64,000 bases of DNA from a phage. The DNA lies in sequence record PV730299.1; one strand, 5' to 3'. Numbering within the stretch: the stretch's first letter is position 1; each line of letters opens with the position of its first letter. Made by a program: the position numbers and the translations under genes. The notes under the pieces were generated by a model. It had not been told where the DNA came from. It saw only the letters and a program-made list of their open reading frames with translations, and searched no databases. Of the stretch, positions 26,855 to 36,369 are shown piece by piece.

Positions 26855-27414
26855 TGGCGGGAATTGTGAAGTATCTGGGAGACACCCACCTCGGACACAA
26901 GAAGGTCTTCAAGCCCCGTGGGTTCGATACCCAAGAAGCGCATGATGCTGCAGTTATCGACAGTATCTTTCAGGGGCTGAAGTCCCGAGATGTCCTTGAA
27001 CTGGCTGGGGACATCTGCTTCATCGGGGCTGAGGGGGTCATTCGCCTGATGCGCGAGGGTGCCAAGCGGAATATTGATGAGTTCAAGCGCCGCCCGGTTC
27101 CCGATGACTGGCGACCGAACTTTATCATCAGGGTGGCGCAAGGCAACCATGACAGCTTCAAGATGTTGATGAAGCTGTATCAAGAGGGATGGATTAGCTC
27201 CTTTGGTGCGATGTATGAGCGTGATACTCCGGTTGGTCGTGTGCTGACCACTCACGTTCCTTATCAATTAGACCGCTGGGCGTATAATATCCATGGTCAT
27301 CTTCACAGTGAAATGCGTGAAGAGCGCGAATACCTGAACTGTAGTTGGGAACAATTCAAGCGCCCTGTAACCCTGTCTGAGTTGTTATACACCAATCTGG
27401 GGATTGAAATATGA
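26854..27414 (+). CDS. metallophosphoesterase (calcineurin-like)
   Basis: Motifs GDTHLGH, GDICFIG, GNHDS and IHGHLH in the canonical order for calcineurin-like phosphoesterases. Confidence 0.6.
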   Translation: MAGIVKYLGDTHLGHKKVFKPRGFDTQEAHDAAVIDSIFQGLKSRDVLELAGDICFIGAEGVIRLMREGAKRNIDEFKRRPVPDDWRPNFIIRVAQGNHDSFKMLMKLYQEGWISSFGAMYERDTPVGRVLTTHVPYQLDRWAYNIHGHLHSEMREEREYLNCSWEQFKRPVTLSELLYTNLGIEI

Positions 27415-27611
27415 AAATTTATTTTTCTGGACAAAAAGTGCCTTATAAAGTGCAGAAGGTCACAATCACAGGCTACCGGAAAGGGGATCCATATCTGCGC
27501 TTCTCCTCTCCATGTATCTTGAAGCAAACTAAAACGGGTTATTATATCAGGCCGATTGTGTTGATTATTGGTGTGCTTTCCGTTTTAGCTCTGAAAGGAG
27601 TATTGTCATGA
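27411..27611 (+). CDS. small membrane protein
   Basis: 66 aa with a C-terminal hydrophobic helix; overlaps both neighbours. Confidence 0.4.
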   Translation: MKIYFSGQKVPYKVQKVTITGYRKGDPYLRFSSPCILKQTKTGYYIRPIVLIIGVLSVLALKGVLS

Positions 27612-27946
27612 AAAAGCCGCGTATTACAGGACACCAACTCTTGGTTCTCTACGGGATAGAGAACTTTGAGAAAGGTCATTACCGTTATGGTGAATGGTAC
27701 TTGCATCCCAAATCCTGGACCAATGACAAGGGCAACACCGTCTGGACGTTCCAGGTATGCCCGAACACTGGTGGTTTCACCTCCGTCAAAGGCGACCCAT
27801 GGGACACCCGCACAGGGGCTTCCCTGCTCGCCAAGGGGTTGATCGAACCAGCTGGCTCAATGGTTCATGACGGTTCTTACGTGAACTGGCCGAACACTGA
27901 GGTGACGTTCTATCGCCTGACCGAACTCGGTAAATCTTATCTCTGA
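27608..27946 (+). CDS. hypothetical protein
   Basis: 112-aa ORF followed by tandem hairpins/terminator at 27943-27998. Confidence 0.5.
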   Translation: MKKPRITGHQLLVLYGIENFEKGHYRYGEWYLHPKSWTNDKGNTVWTFQVCPNTGGFTSVKGDPWDTRTGASLLAKGLIEPAGSMVHDGSYVNWPNTEVTFYRLTELGKSYL

Positions 27947-27972
27947 ATAAAGATTCAGCGGTTATTGAAGAA

Positions 27973-27998
27973 GGGGGAGTATATACTTCCCTTCGTTT
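27973..27998 (+). terminator. rho-independent terminator (second of two tandem hairpins)
   Basis: GGGAGTA / TACTTCC stem then TTCGTTT; preceded by the short hairpin CTGAAT-AAAG-ATTCAG at 27943-27958. Confidence 0.55.
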
Positions 27999-28015
27999 AT
28001 TAAGAGGAACCGGAA

Positions 28016-28330
28016 ATGACCCCATTAAAAGAAATGTATGAGCGTCTGGCTGAACTACAGGCGAAGGAAAAGCGCTTCTCAGAAGAAGAGTCTGAAATTG
28101 CCGAGCTGAACAACCTGATCGCCACTCGTGAGAAGTACCTGCAGCGCTACATTAATCACCCGCCGCGCATGGTAGACCGCGTCAGCACTATCATGGACCT
28201 GGATGAAGTTACTCCTGGCAAAGAAATCATTGTCAGGGAAGTCCACCAGATGGTCGCCATGGGTCAGATCTTTGGTCGTGCAGACCAAGACGACATGATC
28301 TTCCTCCTTGAAAAGAAACTGGTGATGTGA
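28016..28330 (+). CDS. hypothetical protein
   Basis: AGAGGA upstream; coiled-coil-like N-terminus. Confidence 0.5.
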   Translation: MTPLKEMYERLAELQAKEKRFSEEESEIAELNNLIATREKYLQRYINHPPRMVDRVSTIMDLDEVTPGKEIIVREVHQMVAMGQIFGRADQDDMIFLLEKKLVM

Positions 28331-28836
28331 TGGCTATCAAACCCCGTATGTTATTTGCGCATATGCGCTCGGCTCATGCATACGCTCTGTCCAGCTATGC
28401 CCAGCGCCTGAAGGTCGGCTGTGTTATCGTTGACCCGCGTGTTGACCAGCCCCTGTCTATCGGTTGGAACGGGACTGCTCCTGGCGCTCCTAATGTCTGT
28501 GAGAAGGAAGTAGACGGTCAACTGGTATCGGTGGGTGTTATCCACGCCGAGGAGAATGCTCTGAGCAAACTCCCCCAGCACACCGAAGACTGTTGTGGTC
28601 TGGTGATGTTTGTCACTCATAGTCCATGCCCAGAGTGCACCCGTCGTATTATCGACAGTGGCAAGATCGCTAAAGTGTTCTATGACCGACCATATCGTAT
28701 CATAGACGGCATTATTGAAATGCTGGCTGCTGGGATTGAAGTATATCGCATGGTCGATCAGATTGTTGTAGTCCAGCATTCTGTGAAGAACGGCGAACTG
28801 GTATCCACCCCTGTTTTAGTGAACCCTGACAAATAA
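28330..28836 (+). CDS. cd: dCMP deaminase (CMP/dCMP deaminase zinc-binding family)
   Basis: Zinc-binding motifs HAEENAL (H-A-E) and SPCPECTRRI (PC..C); ATG 28330 overlaps the upstream stop. Confidence 0.8.
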   Translation: MAIKPRMLFAHMRSAHAYALSSYAQRLKVGCVIVDPRVDQPLSIGWNGTAPGAPNVCEKEVDGQLVSVGVIHAEENALSKLPQHTEDCCGLVMFVTHSPCPECTRRIIDSGKIAKVFYDRPYRIIDGIIEMLAAGIEVYRMVDQIVVVQHSVKNGELVSTPVLVNPDK

Positions 28837-28846
28837 GGAATTTATC

Positions 28847-29254
28847 ATGCGTTATGTAGATCGTATGCTCGGCAAAGACGAGCACGTTATTGCCTTCACC
28901 CGCCCGACTTGGTGGAGCGGTTTTTGGATTTACGTTCTGGTTATTTTAACGTTTATCCCAACATTTGGATTCAGCTTGTTATTTCTGATACCAACAATTT
29001 TAAATGTATTGACAACTGAATTCGCTGTGACTAACAAGCGTGTCATCGTCAAACGTGGTTTCATCCGTCGTGATGCTGATGAGTTGCGCATCGGTAAGGT
29101 GGAAACAGTGAAGGTTGATCAGTCCATCACAGGCCGCATCTTGGGCTTCTCAACAATCAGCGTGATCGGTACGGGCGGCACCCGCCTGCTGGCCAAGGGT
29201 TGTGCTGGTGGTAATGCGTTCCGTCAGAAGATCTACGATCACCTAGAAGACTGA
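28847..29254 (+). CDS. membrane protein with bacterial PH-like domain (YdbS/YdbT-like)
   Basis: Two N-terminal transmembrane helices followed by a soluble domain resembling bPH_2 proteins. Confidence 0.45.
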   Translation: MRYVDRMLGKDEHVIAFTRPTWWSGFWIYVLVILTFIPTFGFSLLFLIPTILNVLTTEFAVTNKRVIVKRGFIRRDADELRIGKVETVKVDQSITGRILGFSTISVIGTGGTRLLAKGCAGGNAFRQKIYDHLED

Positions 29255-29256
29255 TC

Positions 29257-29469
29257 ATGATCATTTCAGGTTACACCATCGATCTTTATTGTGAATGCTC
29301 AGATTGCAAGGCATGCAGTTGGGCTTGGGAAGAGCATCACCCCAAGTGCGGGTTCAAACAATACACTGGTGAGACTTGGGGTGAGTGTGTCAAACAGGCG
29401 CGAGCAGACGGCTGGCAAATTGGGCGCGACAGGCATACCTGTTACGCCCCTGGCCACAAGAGAAGTTAA
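29257..29469 (+). CDS. small Cys-rich protein
   Basis: 70 aa with CECSDCKAC ... HHPKCG ... HTCYAPGH; possible zinc-binding. Confidence 0.4.
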   Translation: MIISGYTIDLYCECSDCKACSWAWEEHHPKCGFKQYTGETWGECVKQARADGWQIGRDRHTCYAPGHKRS

Positions 29470-30080
29470 GGTAAGAGCAGTCCATCATCCCGCTCCGTTG
29501 GGGCGGGTTTAATCTCCTTCCGCATCTGTTCCTTCAGCACCCTGACACGCTCAGCATGGCGACGGTCTTGCATCTCCATATCCCGTTTCTTTTTCGACTT
29601 CAACTCAAACTGTTTACGAACATCCGGATCTTCACCCGGAACAAGATGCTCTTCGGTCCATATAATGAACTTCCAGTTCTTCTTGGCACACAGTTCGCGG
29701 GTGGCCTCCCACTTGGCAGAGTTGACCAACCAGGTTCGCATCGCATTGTTGAATGTCGACTCCTTCATGTTCGGAGTCTTCTTCGGCTGCTTGATCTGGT
29801 CTTTGGGCTTGATCTCAATGAGGGTGACCTGTAGTTCCTCTTGCCCTTCACGGCGCGTCCAGACCTTGAGGTCCATGAAGTAACGATGGGTGCGCCCGTC
29901 GACTGGGGAAATGTAAGGGATTACGGTCTCCTCACTAGACCACTTCACTATCGCGGAGTTCATATCACAGAACTTGAAAGCCACCAACTCCAACGAAGAG
30001 CGGAAGATGATGTTATTCACATTCCCCTGATACTTCTTGGGATTAACTGGGGTGTACTTCCCCTGAAGATAGTTGCTCAT
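29466..30080 (-). CDS. head completion protein (T4 gp4-like), putative
   Basis: Isolated minus-strand gene divergent from the structural block, as for T4 gene 4 versus 53; the N-terminus resembles gp4-family proteins as I remember them. Confidence 0.4.
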   Translation of the reverse strand: MSNYLQGKYTPVNPKKYQGNVNNIIFRSSLELVAFKFCDMNSAIVKWSSEETVIPYISPVDGRTHRYFMDLKVWTRREGQEELQVTLIEIKPKDQIKQPKKTPNMKESTFNNAMRTWLVNSAKWEATRELCAKKNWKFIIWTEEHLVPGEDPDVRKQFELKSKKKRDMEMQDRRHAERVRVLKEQMRKEIKPAPTERDDGLLLP

Positions 30081-30130
30081 AATCTAGTCCTAAATAGCCA
30101 TAACACTCTATCTATTTAAGGGCTGAGACC

Positions 30131-31099
30131 ATGGCCGACTTCAAGAAGACAATCGATAAGATCAAGGTTCTGAACACGAAGGGATTGTCCCAGGCTCAGA
30201 AGCAATTGTCTTATCCCCTGGACGTCACTGGGGGTAAGACATTAGGACACTATGTCCTATTCAACATCAACCGTATCTCCGGTTCATCTTATGGCAACAC
30301 GGCTACTCAGACTATCGAGAACCCAATACAGAACCCTCTGGGGAATACTCCTGTGGTCTATGGGTCCAAGTCTGGTTCCATCACCAAATATGCATGGGCG
30401 CGTCACGTTCGTTCAAACGAGTCTATCGTACTTTGTATGCCCGAGTCCATTACAACCAACTATGGCGTTGGCTGGAATGGTAGTGAGCTGGGGTTGGCTG
30501 GTATGGGGGCACAGTTCCTTTCCCGCGCCGCCCAAGACATGACTCAATTTAAACTGGGTGATGCGCTCAACGTCGGGAAGGAGATGGGGCGATTCGCTGC
30601 CACCAAGGCTATCCAATCTGCGTCGGAGGCTATTCCATTCCTGCCGAGCATTAACGCCCATGACACCCTTGAGTTGTTCACAGGCACCATGACCAACCCA
30701 TATGTGGAGATGATCTTCCAGGGTGTTCGCAACCGTGAGATTCCATTTACATTCAAATTCACGCCGCGATCTCAGAAGGAAGCCAAGATGGTCCGTGAGA
30801 TCATCCGCATGTTCAAGATGCACATGTACCCAGAGTACAAGTACAACAAGAATTCCAGCGCGTTTTACTTGCATCCTTCAACATTCGACATTACGTTCAT
30901 GGTCAATGGGGAGCGTAACCAGTGGCTGCACCGCATCTCCACTTGTGTACTTTCCAACATGTTCGTCAACGAGACGCCGGACAGTTCATACGCGGTTCAC
31001 AAAGATGATGGTATCGTGTCCACGCAGGTTGACATGACCTTCATCGAACTGGAGCCTCTACACAAAGGGCGCTTTGAAACCGAAGGCGATAGCTTCTAA
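30131..31099 (+). CDS. virion structural protein (baseplate/tail), putative
   Basis: First gene of the plus-strand block that ends with the tape-measure-like gene; no diagnostic motif. Confidence 0.45.
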   Translation: MADFKKTIDKIKVLNTKGLSQAQKQLSYPLDVTGGKTLGHYVLFNINRISGSSYGNTATQTIENPIQNPLGNTPVVYGSKSGSITKYAWARHVRSNESIVLCMPESITTNYGVGWNGSELGLAGMGAQFLSRAAQDMTQFKLGDALNVGKEMGRFAATKAIQSASEAIPFLPSINAHDTLELFTGTMTNPYVEMIFQGVRNREIPFTFKFTPRSQKEAKMVREIIRMFKMHMYPEYKYNKNSSAFYLHPSTFDITFMVNGERNQWLHRISTCVLSNMFVNETPDSSYAVHKDDGIVSTQVDMTFIELEPLHKGRFETEGDSF

Positions 31100-31110
31100 G
31101 AGAGGATGCC

Positions 31111-31665
31111 ATGAAATATTTTGAGAAGTTTCCACTTGTTTGGCATCAATTGCAAGATGTCCAAGAGAATGATCAGGTGCTGTTACAGAATTTAACGCGC
31201 CGGGTGATGATCTTACAGAAAATTAAGGACATCGAAGGGCTTCTCCTGCCGTATACGATCCAAGATGGGGAAACCCCAAGGTCTTTCGCAGAACGCGTTT
31301 ACGGATCCTTCGAGTTGTTTTGGATACCTTGTCTGATAAACGGCATCATGGACATCAATAAGGACTGGCCGAAACCGGAACGCCGTATTGTTGAAGAACT
31401 GACTGCAGATTACGGCATCGATGGTATGTGGGATACAGCCTATTATGTCGACCAGTTCAACAATGTGACCGACGCCCGTGCTATCAAATTTGCATATAAC
31501 CTAGACCTAGATGAGCCGTCCATAATTGCTAACTATGGTCTGACGGCAGTTTCATACCATGATGATGCAATCAGTAAGAATGAAGCCAAACGGAACATCC
31601 AAGTACTCGACCCAGATTATGTGTCTTCGTTTGTCAATCAGCTGGAGCAGGAGTTGGCGAAATGA
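31111..31665 (+). CDS. virion structural protein, putative
   Basis: 184 aa, coupled into the structural block; GAGAGGA upstream. Confidence 0.45.
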   Translation: MKYFEKFPLVWHQLQDVQENDQVLLQNLTRRVMILQKIKDIEGLLLPYTIQDGETPRSFAERVYGSFELFWIPCLINGIMDINKDWPKPERRIVEELTADYGIDGMWDTAYYVDQFNNVTDARAIKFAYNLDLDEPSIIANYGLTAVSYHDDAISKNEAKRNIQVLDPDYVSSFVNQLEQELAK

Positions 31666-33050
31666 TCGAAAACAGAGAGACCCAAGACGGTATTGTAACA
31701 CCGTCAACAACATTTGACCTGAAGTATATGGCGATACTCCCTCATACACCCCAGGGCGGATCACCAACGCCATATGACCTGACGGCGTTGTTTGAGGAGT
31801 TCAACGTCTTCCAGGATCTGGGTCTTGAAGGGAAGTCATCTCCATCACTTACAGCCAATGTCTTGATAAAAGAAGGGTGGGACATTCTTGACACAATGCC
31901 TATCTTGGGTGGTGAAGAAGTTGTGGTGTCATTCAAGAGTCCGGCGGCCTCGGAATATACCACTCTCTCCCTGCGCGTAGCGCGTGTTGGGCGCGTAGCT
32001 GATGAGTCCAACAGCTCGTCCAAGAAAGCATTCTGGTTGCACATGGTGACCACCGATGCCTATAAGGACAGCATGATCCGATGCTCCCTCGGTCTTGACG
32101 GTTCGTACTCTGACATGGCAAAGACAATCTTCAATCAGTTGGAGTCGCGCACCAAGTTCGAAGACATCGACCCGTCGTATGGAATTCAAGAGCGGTTCGC
32201 CACCCCGCTCTGGCCTGTGCTGCGATCTATTGATTATATGGCGAGCCGTTCTTATGACGAATTGTTCATGCCATTCGTGTTCTATGAAGACTTCAATGGC
32301 TATCACTTCAAGAGCCTGACGACGTTGTTCAACCAGGGTAGCCAGTCATTGACAGCAGAAGAGAAGCAGGAACTAGCTCAGCAGAACAAGTTGTTCCGTG
32401 ATCCTCAGGACGCGCCGCTCATGCAGGATAACAACTTCAATTCTGAGCGCTTTATGCGCACGATCATCAAGGCAGAGAAGAAGCTGGCGCGTGACCAGTT
32501 CATGGCAAACTACCGCGATGTCCTGGCGGTGAACGAGCGCGTCTACGACTTTGAGACCAAGACAGTCACCCCAACACAGCGCATCTATACTGAGTGGTTT
32601 GCAGAGACGGCTCACCTTGATCCGTTCCCGATGTTCTCAGATGAATTCAATCGTCAGAACGTCCGTTACATTGAAGCCCAGCCGGATGGAGCGGAGCAGA
32701 TTGATTATGCTCGTCGTGTTATCAACTTCAGTCTTGCCAGCACTGTGATGCGCGTGTTGCTCGTTGGTGATAACCGCCTGAACGTCGGTCAGGTGTTCTA
32801 CGTCGAAGACCAGTCCAACCGTCCTAAGAAGAACGAAAACCTGGCAGAGTTAAGTAAGCTATCGACAGGCCACTATATCGTGACCAAAGTGCGTCACAAG
32901 ATTTCCCGCCTGACCAAAGATTATCAGTGCATCGCTGAGATTGCCAAGGACAGTTTGCTGGAGCAGGTGCTTCCACCTCAGACCAATCAGACAACTGCTT
33001 CCACCACTACTCCTCAGGCGATTGAGAAAGGCCAAGCACAGAAGGTTTAA
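31662..33050 (+). CDS. virion structural protein (baseplate hub candidate), putative
   Basis: 462 aa, ATGA-coupled, immediately upstream of the tape-measure-like gene. Confidence 0.45.
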   Translation: MIENRETQDGIVTPSTTFDLKYMAILPHTPQGGSPTPYDLTALFEEFNVFQDLGLEGKSSPSLTANVLIKEGWDILDTMPILGGEEVVVSFKSPAASEYTTLSLRVARVGRVADESNSSSKKAFWLHMVTTDAYKDSMIRCSLGLDGSYSDMAKTIFNQLESRTKFEDIDPSYGIQERFATPLWPVLRSIDYMASRSYDELFMPFVFYEDFNGYHFKSLTTLFNQGSQSLTAEEKQELAQQNKLFRDPQDAPLMQDNNFNSERFMRTIIKAEKKLARDQFMANYRDVLAVNERVYDFETKTVTPTQRIYTEWFAETAHLDPFPMFSDEFNRQNVRYIEAQPDGAEQIDYARRVINFSLASTVMRVLLVGDNRLNVGQVFYVEDQSNRPKKNENLAELSKLSTGHYIVTKVRHKISRLTKDYQCIAEIAKDSLLEQVLPPQTNQTTASTTTPQAIEKGQAQKV

Positions 33051-33061
33051 CGAGGTGACCC

Positions 33062-35008
33062 ATGGCACAGGAAGCAACGAACAATGATGTTGTCAAAGTT
33101 CTAGACAAGATCAAGGCGGAGATGATGCAGCGCAAACAACTCCGCGCTCAGAATGAAACCAACAGACAGCTTGACCGGATGAACAAGAATCTGGCCAAGC
33201 TGGAATCTGCCACTAAACAGGGCACCAAGGCCGAGTCCAAGCCATTTGAAATCCGTATCCCGACAGTCAATGAGATCGTCATGGGATTCGCTCGCATGTC
33301 TCCGATCTTCACCCGCGACTTCAGCGTATGGATGAAGGATACTGTCGATGTGGGTAACGAAGGCAATCGGGAACTGGAGAATATCGCAGGCAAGATTGAC
33401 CGCCTCGGTGAGATCACCCGCATGCCAACAGATGACACGTCCCTGGAGTATCTTAACCTGATCTCAGACCAGCTGAAGTCTGCCAATGATGACACCCTCA
33501 AGCGCATGGACGAGCAGAGTGTGTCTCTGGTCCGCGTGGGATCATTCTTGAACATGATCGACGGAGTGATGATCGAGGTTCGTGACGATGTTGCTGAACT
33601 GAAAAAGAACTCCGATGACACCCTTACTCGCTTGTCTAGCATTGAAAACAAGATTGGACGCACGGGCGGTCATATCGTTGGAGTGTTGACACGCATCTTT
33701 GATGAAGACCAGAAGTGGCGTGAGAAGGACGAGATGCGCCGTGGGGAAACCGACAAAGAAACGGGTGGTCATCCTCAGGCGGGTTCTGTTATACCCAAAG
33801 ACGATGACCAGAAAGACGATTCCTCCGGTATCGGGGCTGCTGTGGCGGCCATGCTTGGCCTGAATGCACTGAAGGGCTTCTTGCTCAAGCCGTTCAAGAT
33901 CATCGGTGGTGTTGTCGGGACTTTCCTCGGCATGTTTTCCAAGCTGGGAGAAGGTATCACCAAACTTCTGGGTCCATTTGGGAAGGTGTTTAAGTTCCTG
34001 AAAGTCGGCCCACTGGCTCTCCTGTCTATGATCTGGGACTTCGGTAAAGGCTTCATTGATGCGAAGGAGATCCTGGGTAAAGGTGCTGTCACGATAGTTG
34101 ACCGAGTACGGGCGGGGATATCAGAACTGGTTGGTGGATTTGGTGATCTATTTGACTGGGTGTCCAAGATCTTTGGCTTTGATACCGAGGCGGGTGAAAC
34201 CCTGCGCAAATACACCCTCATGATCACTGAGGCTCCCTCTCGTTGGCTGAATGGTATTATCGACTGGATTAGCAACGACTTGTTTGCAGGGATCGGGAGA
34301 GACACGTCTCTTACGGATATCCCTGGCAAGTTAGCAGACAACCTACAGTCCGAGTTGATAAAGCTGGTAGACTGGATCACAGGGGGTATCAGTAGTGTGA
34401 TCGACGAGGGCATGGGTGTGGCCAACAAGGTCATTGACGATATCAAGAAGGGATTTGCCGAAAATGTGAAGAAACCTTTCTTCAACATGCTGAACACAAT
34501 CACCAATGCGATGTTCGATATCGTTGACAAGTTCGTCAGCATCATCCCTGACGCTCTGGGTGGACAGGCTGCGAAGCAGAAGATGGATGAGGCTCGCCAG
34601 TCTATGCTGATTGACACTGATGAGAATCCATCTCCTAATGTGACAGAGACCCAGCAGCCACAGACGCCAGCACAACCGAACATCGATCCACAAACGCTGA
34701 CTCCAATACCTTCTGGTGCGTCTTCGGATGACAAGAATATGACTAATGACCGCACCTCTCAGCTGAAAGCTGCGTATGGTTCTATCGGGGGTGGTACTCT
34801 GGGCGGGGCGATGCCATCACAAGGGAGGGCGCTGTCTAATATTGAACAAGTACAAGGCGGCTATTCACCGCCTCCAGCCAGCGTCGTGATGCCAGTACAG
34901 CAGAATGTGGATGCTTCTAAGAGGATCAACACGACCAATAACTTCAACAGCTCATATCTTGAGCCTGAGAACAAAACAGATAATTCCCGCATCCTGTGGG
35001 AATGGTAA
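33062..35008 (+). CDS. tail tape-measure / tail-length determinator-like protein (T4 gp29-like)
   Basis: Coiled-coil-rich N-terminal half, central Gly-rich hydrophobic segment (GIGAAVAAMLGLNALKGFLL ... GGVVGTFLGMF) and a low-complexity C-terminus. Confidence 0.5.
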   Translation: MAQEATNNDVVKVLDKIKAEMMQRKQLRAQNETNRQLDRMNKNLAKLESATKQGTKAESKPFEIRIPTVNEIVMGFARMSPIFTRDFSVWMKDTVDVGNEGNRELENIAGKIDRLGEITRMPTDDTSLEYLNLISDQLKSANDDTLKRMDEQSVSLVRVGSFLNMIDGVMIEVRDDVAELKKNSDDTLTRLSSIENKIGRTGGHIVGVLTRIFDEDQKWREKDEMRRGETDKETGGHPQAGSVIPKDDDQKDDSSGIGAAVAAMLGLNALKGFLLKPFKIIGGVVGTFLGMFSKLGEGITKLLGPFGKVFKFLKVGPLALLSMIWDFGKGFIDAKEILGKGAVTIVDRVRAGISELVGGFGDLFDWVSKIFGFDTEAGETLRKYTLMITEAPSRWLNGIIDWISNDLFAGIGRDTSLTDIPGKLADNLQSELIKLVDWITGGISSVIDEGMGVANKVIDDIKKGFAENVKKPFFNMLNTITNAMFDIVDKFVSIIPDALGGQAAKQKMDEARQSMLIDTDENPSPNVTETQQPQTPAQPNIDPQTLTPIPSGASSDDKNMTNDRTSQLKAAYGSIGGGTLGGAMPSQGRALSNIEQVQGGYSPPPASVVMPVQQNVDASKRINTTNNFNSSYLEPENKTDNSRILWEW

Positions 35009-35668
35009 TCAGATTCCGTGGGCTTGTATTAGCTCACGGAGTCTCTGTTTTGAATATGTGGTATCCTCATCCGGAACCACAGCATTCGTCTTCCTGAGCA
35101 AGAACGCCTCTGAGTTCCAGTAGATGTCATCACGCAGAATCGTATCGTATAGATGAATGAACCCAACGATCTTGTTCAGACCGACAAGGAACCAAATCGG
35201 GAACTTCTTGATGATGATGTCTGTCAGCAACGGTGGATGGCCTGTACCCGTCCCCTTGATGTACTCAATGAAGGTGCAGTTGCGCTCCCTTATGGCAGGG
35301 ATCATCTCCCGCTCGAACTCCTCAAGGAAGTTATATGTGAAGTTCTCGTACAGCTTACGGTATTCATCATAATTGGCCTGAGCCTGGCGTGTAAGCAATG
35401 TCGTCACCCAGGTCTTGGGTGATTTGATGAAGTTGGCAATGATGTAGTTCTCTACCACTTCACCCTGTGTTGACTCGAACCGACGGGCAAGGCGAGCAAA
35501 CTGTTTGCACACGGCCTCCTTCGCCAAGAACGTCTCGAACTTGTAATTCATAGGTCCATACAAGCTGTAATCGAAGTCCTTAGTGGTGAAGTGCAGCTTG
35601 ATCGCCATGAAGACACAGTAAACGTTGAACGCCCGCTCGAACTCCATCTTCTGCCACTCTGTTAGCAT
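35009..35668 (-). CDS. hypothetical protein (219 aa)
   Basis: Convergent with the tape-measure gene; a weak resemblance to T4 gp59 helicase loader was considered but is not secure. Confidence 0.5.
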   Translation of the reverse strand: MLTEWQKMEFERAFNVYCVFMAIKLHFTTKDFDYSLYGPMNYKFETFLAKEAVCKQFARLARRFESTQGEVVENYIIANFIKSPKTWVTTLLTRQAQANYDEYRKLYENFTYNFLEEFEREMIPAIRERNCTFIEYIKGTGTGHPPLLTDIIIKKFPIWFLVGLNKIVGFIHLYDTILRDDIYWNSEAFLLRKTNAVVPDEDTTYSKQRLRELIQAHGI

Positions 35669-35916
35669 TTGCGTTCCTCTTCTTTAATAAATTGCAATAA
35701 CTCTTCCATCAGCCCTTTCTTCTTGATGAACTGTAACACTAGGATGAAGCGACGGAAGGAGCGGGGGACAACACGATAACCCTTCGCCCAGTAGTTCACA
35801 ACATTAGAACAATCCAATAAACGAGCCAGCCCAGATTGTGACACCCCGAGGCTCAGTAGAACCTTGTACATGTACTTCTTGTCATTTACCGGAAGTTCTT
35901 TCATTCTTAAACTCAT
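35662..35916 (-). CDS. HTH DNA-binding protein (XRE-like)
   Basis: LGVSQSGLARLLDCSNVVNYWAKG matches the helix-turn-helix pattern of XRE/Cro-type regulators. Confidence 0.5.
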   Translation of the reverse strand: MSLRMKELPVNDKKYMYKVLLSLGVSQSGLARLLDCSNVVNYWAKGYRVVPRSFRRFILVLQFIKKKGLMEELLQFIKEEERKC

Positions 35917-36139
35917 GATACTTGTCCGCTAATGTCTTGTAATATTTGTTAGGATTATACTCCTGTTTGGAATAGTGAAGAGTAAGGGAAGCACTCAGAC
36001 CTAGGATAATCACGACAACGAGCGCCTTGTGGTTATTGATCTCGGGAATAGCTATCCACACCAGCAACAACACAAGCGAGCTGATAATCAAGGACAGTAA
36101 GAACGTTAATGCAATCACCAATGCGAATAGCTCGTCCAT
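35882..36139 (-). CDS. small membrane protein
   Basis: 85 aa with two hydrophobic helices. Confidence 0.4.
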   Translation of the reverse strand: MDELFALVIALTFLLSLIISSLVLLLVWIAIPEINNHKALVVVIILGLSASLTLHYSKQEYNPNKYYKTLADKYHEFKNERTSGK

Positions 36140-36143
36140 CAGA

Positions 36144-36365
36144 TCACACCTCTTTGTGTTTCTTCATCTTGCGGACAGTGCCCACAAACCCAAGATCCTT
36201 CCCGCAATGGGTGCAGATAGCATGGCAAGCATGGTTCTCACGATAGGTGCTGTGTTTGCAGCGCCATTGCTTGAACGCCGAACGGGCAACTAGGATCACG
36301 GCGATCAAGAAGACGATACCGGATATCTGAAGTTCAACCAAGAACTTCGCCCACCAGAAACTCAT
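36144..36365 (-). CDS. small membrane protein with C-terminal Cys/His cluster
   Basis: Start set at the second ATG to avoid overlap with the ligase; one transmembrane helix then CKHSTYRENHACHAICTHCGKD. Confidence 0.4.
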   Translation of the reverse strand: MSFWWAKFLVELQISGIVFLIAVILVARSAFKQWRCKHSTYRENHACHAICTHCGKDLGFVGTVRKMKKHKEV

Positions 36366-36369
36366 ATAC

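Noticed and set aside
25827-29469. Complete 7-deazaguanine DNA modification cluster
   Set aside because: Looked for radical-SAM CxxxCxxC (QueE), CxxxHGH (QueD), GTP cyclohydrolase I and TGT-type CxCxxC...H motifs in all neighbouring and unassigned ORFs and found none; only the QueC-like gene is supportable.
30081-30130. Late-promoter motifs in the divergent region between the head-completion-like gene and the structural block
   Set aside because: Only degenerate versions (CTAAATAG, TTAAATAG) are present; too many mismatches to TATAAATA to call.
33775-34755. 326-aa minus-strand ORF inside the tape-measure-like gene
   Set aside because: Entirely antisense to a long plus-strand gene within a co-directional, translationally coupled structural block; the Ser/Pro-rich low-complexity translation is typical of a shadow frame.
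35009-35668. Assignment of the 219-aa protein as gp59 helicase loader
   Set aside because: The resemblance to T4 gp59 rests on a few residues recalled from memory and the gene is not adjacent to the gp32 gene as in T4; left as hypothetical.
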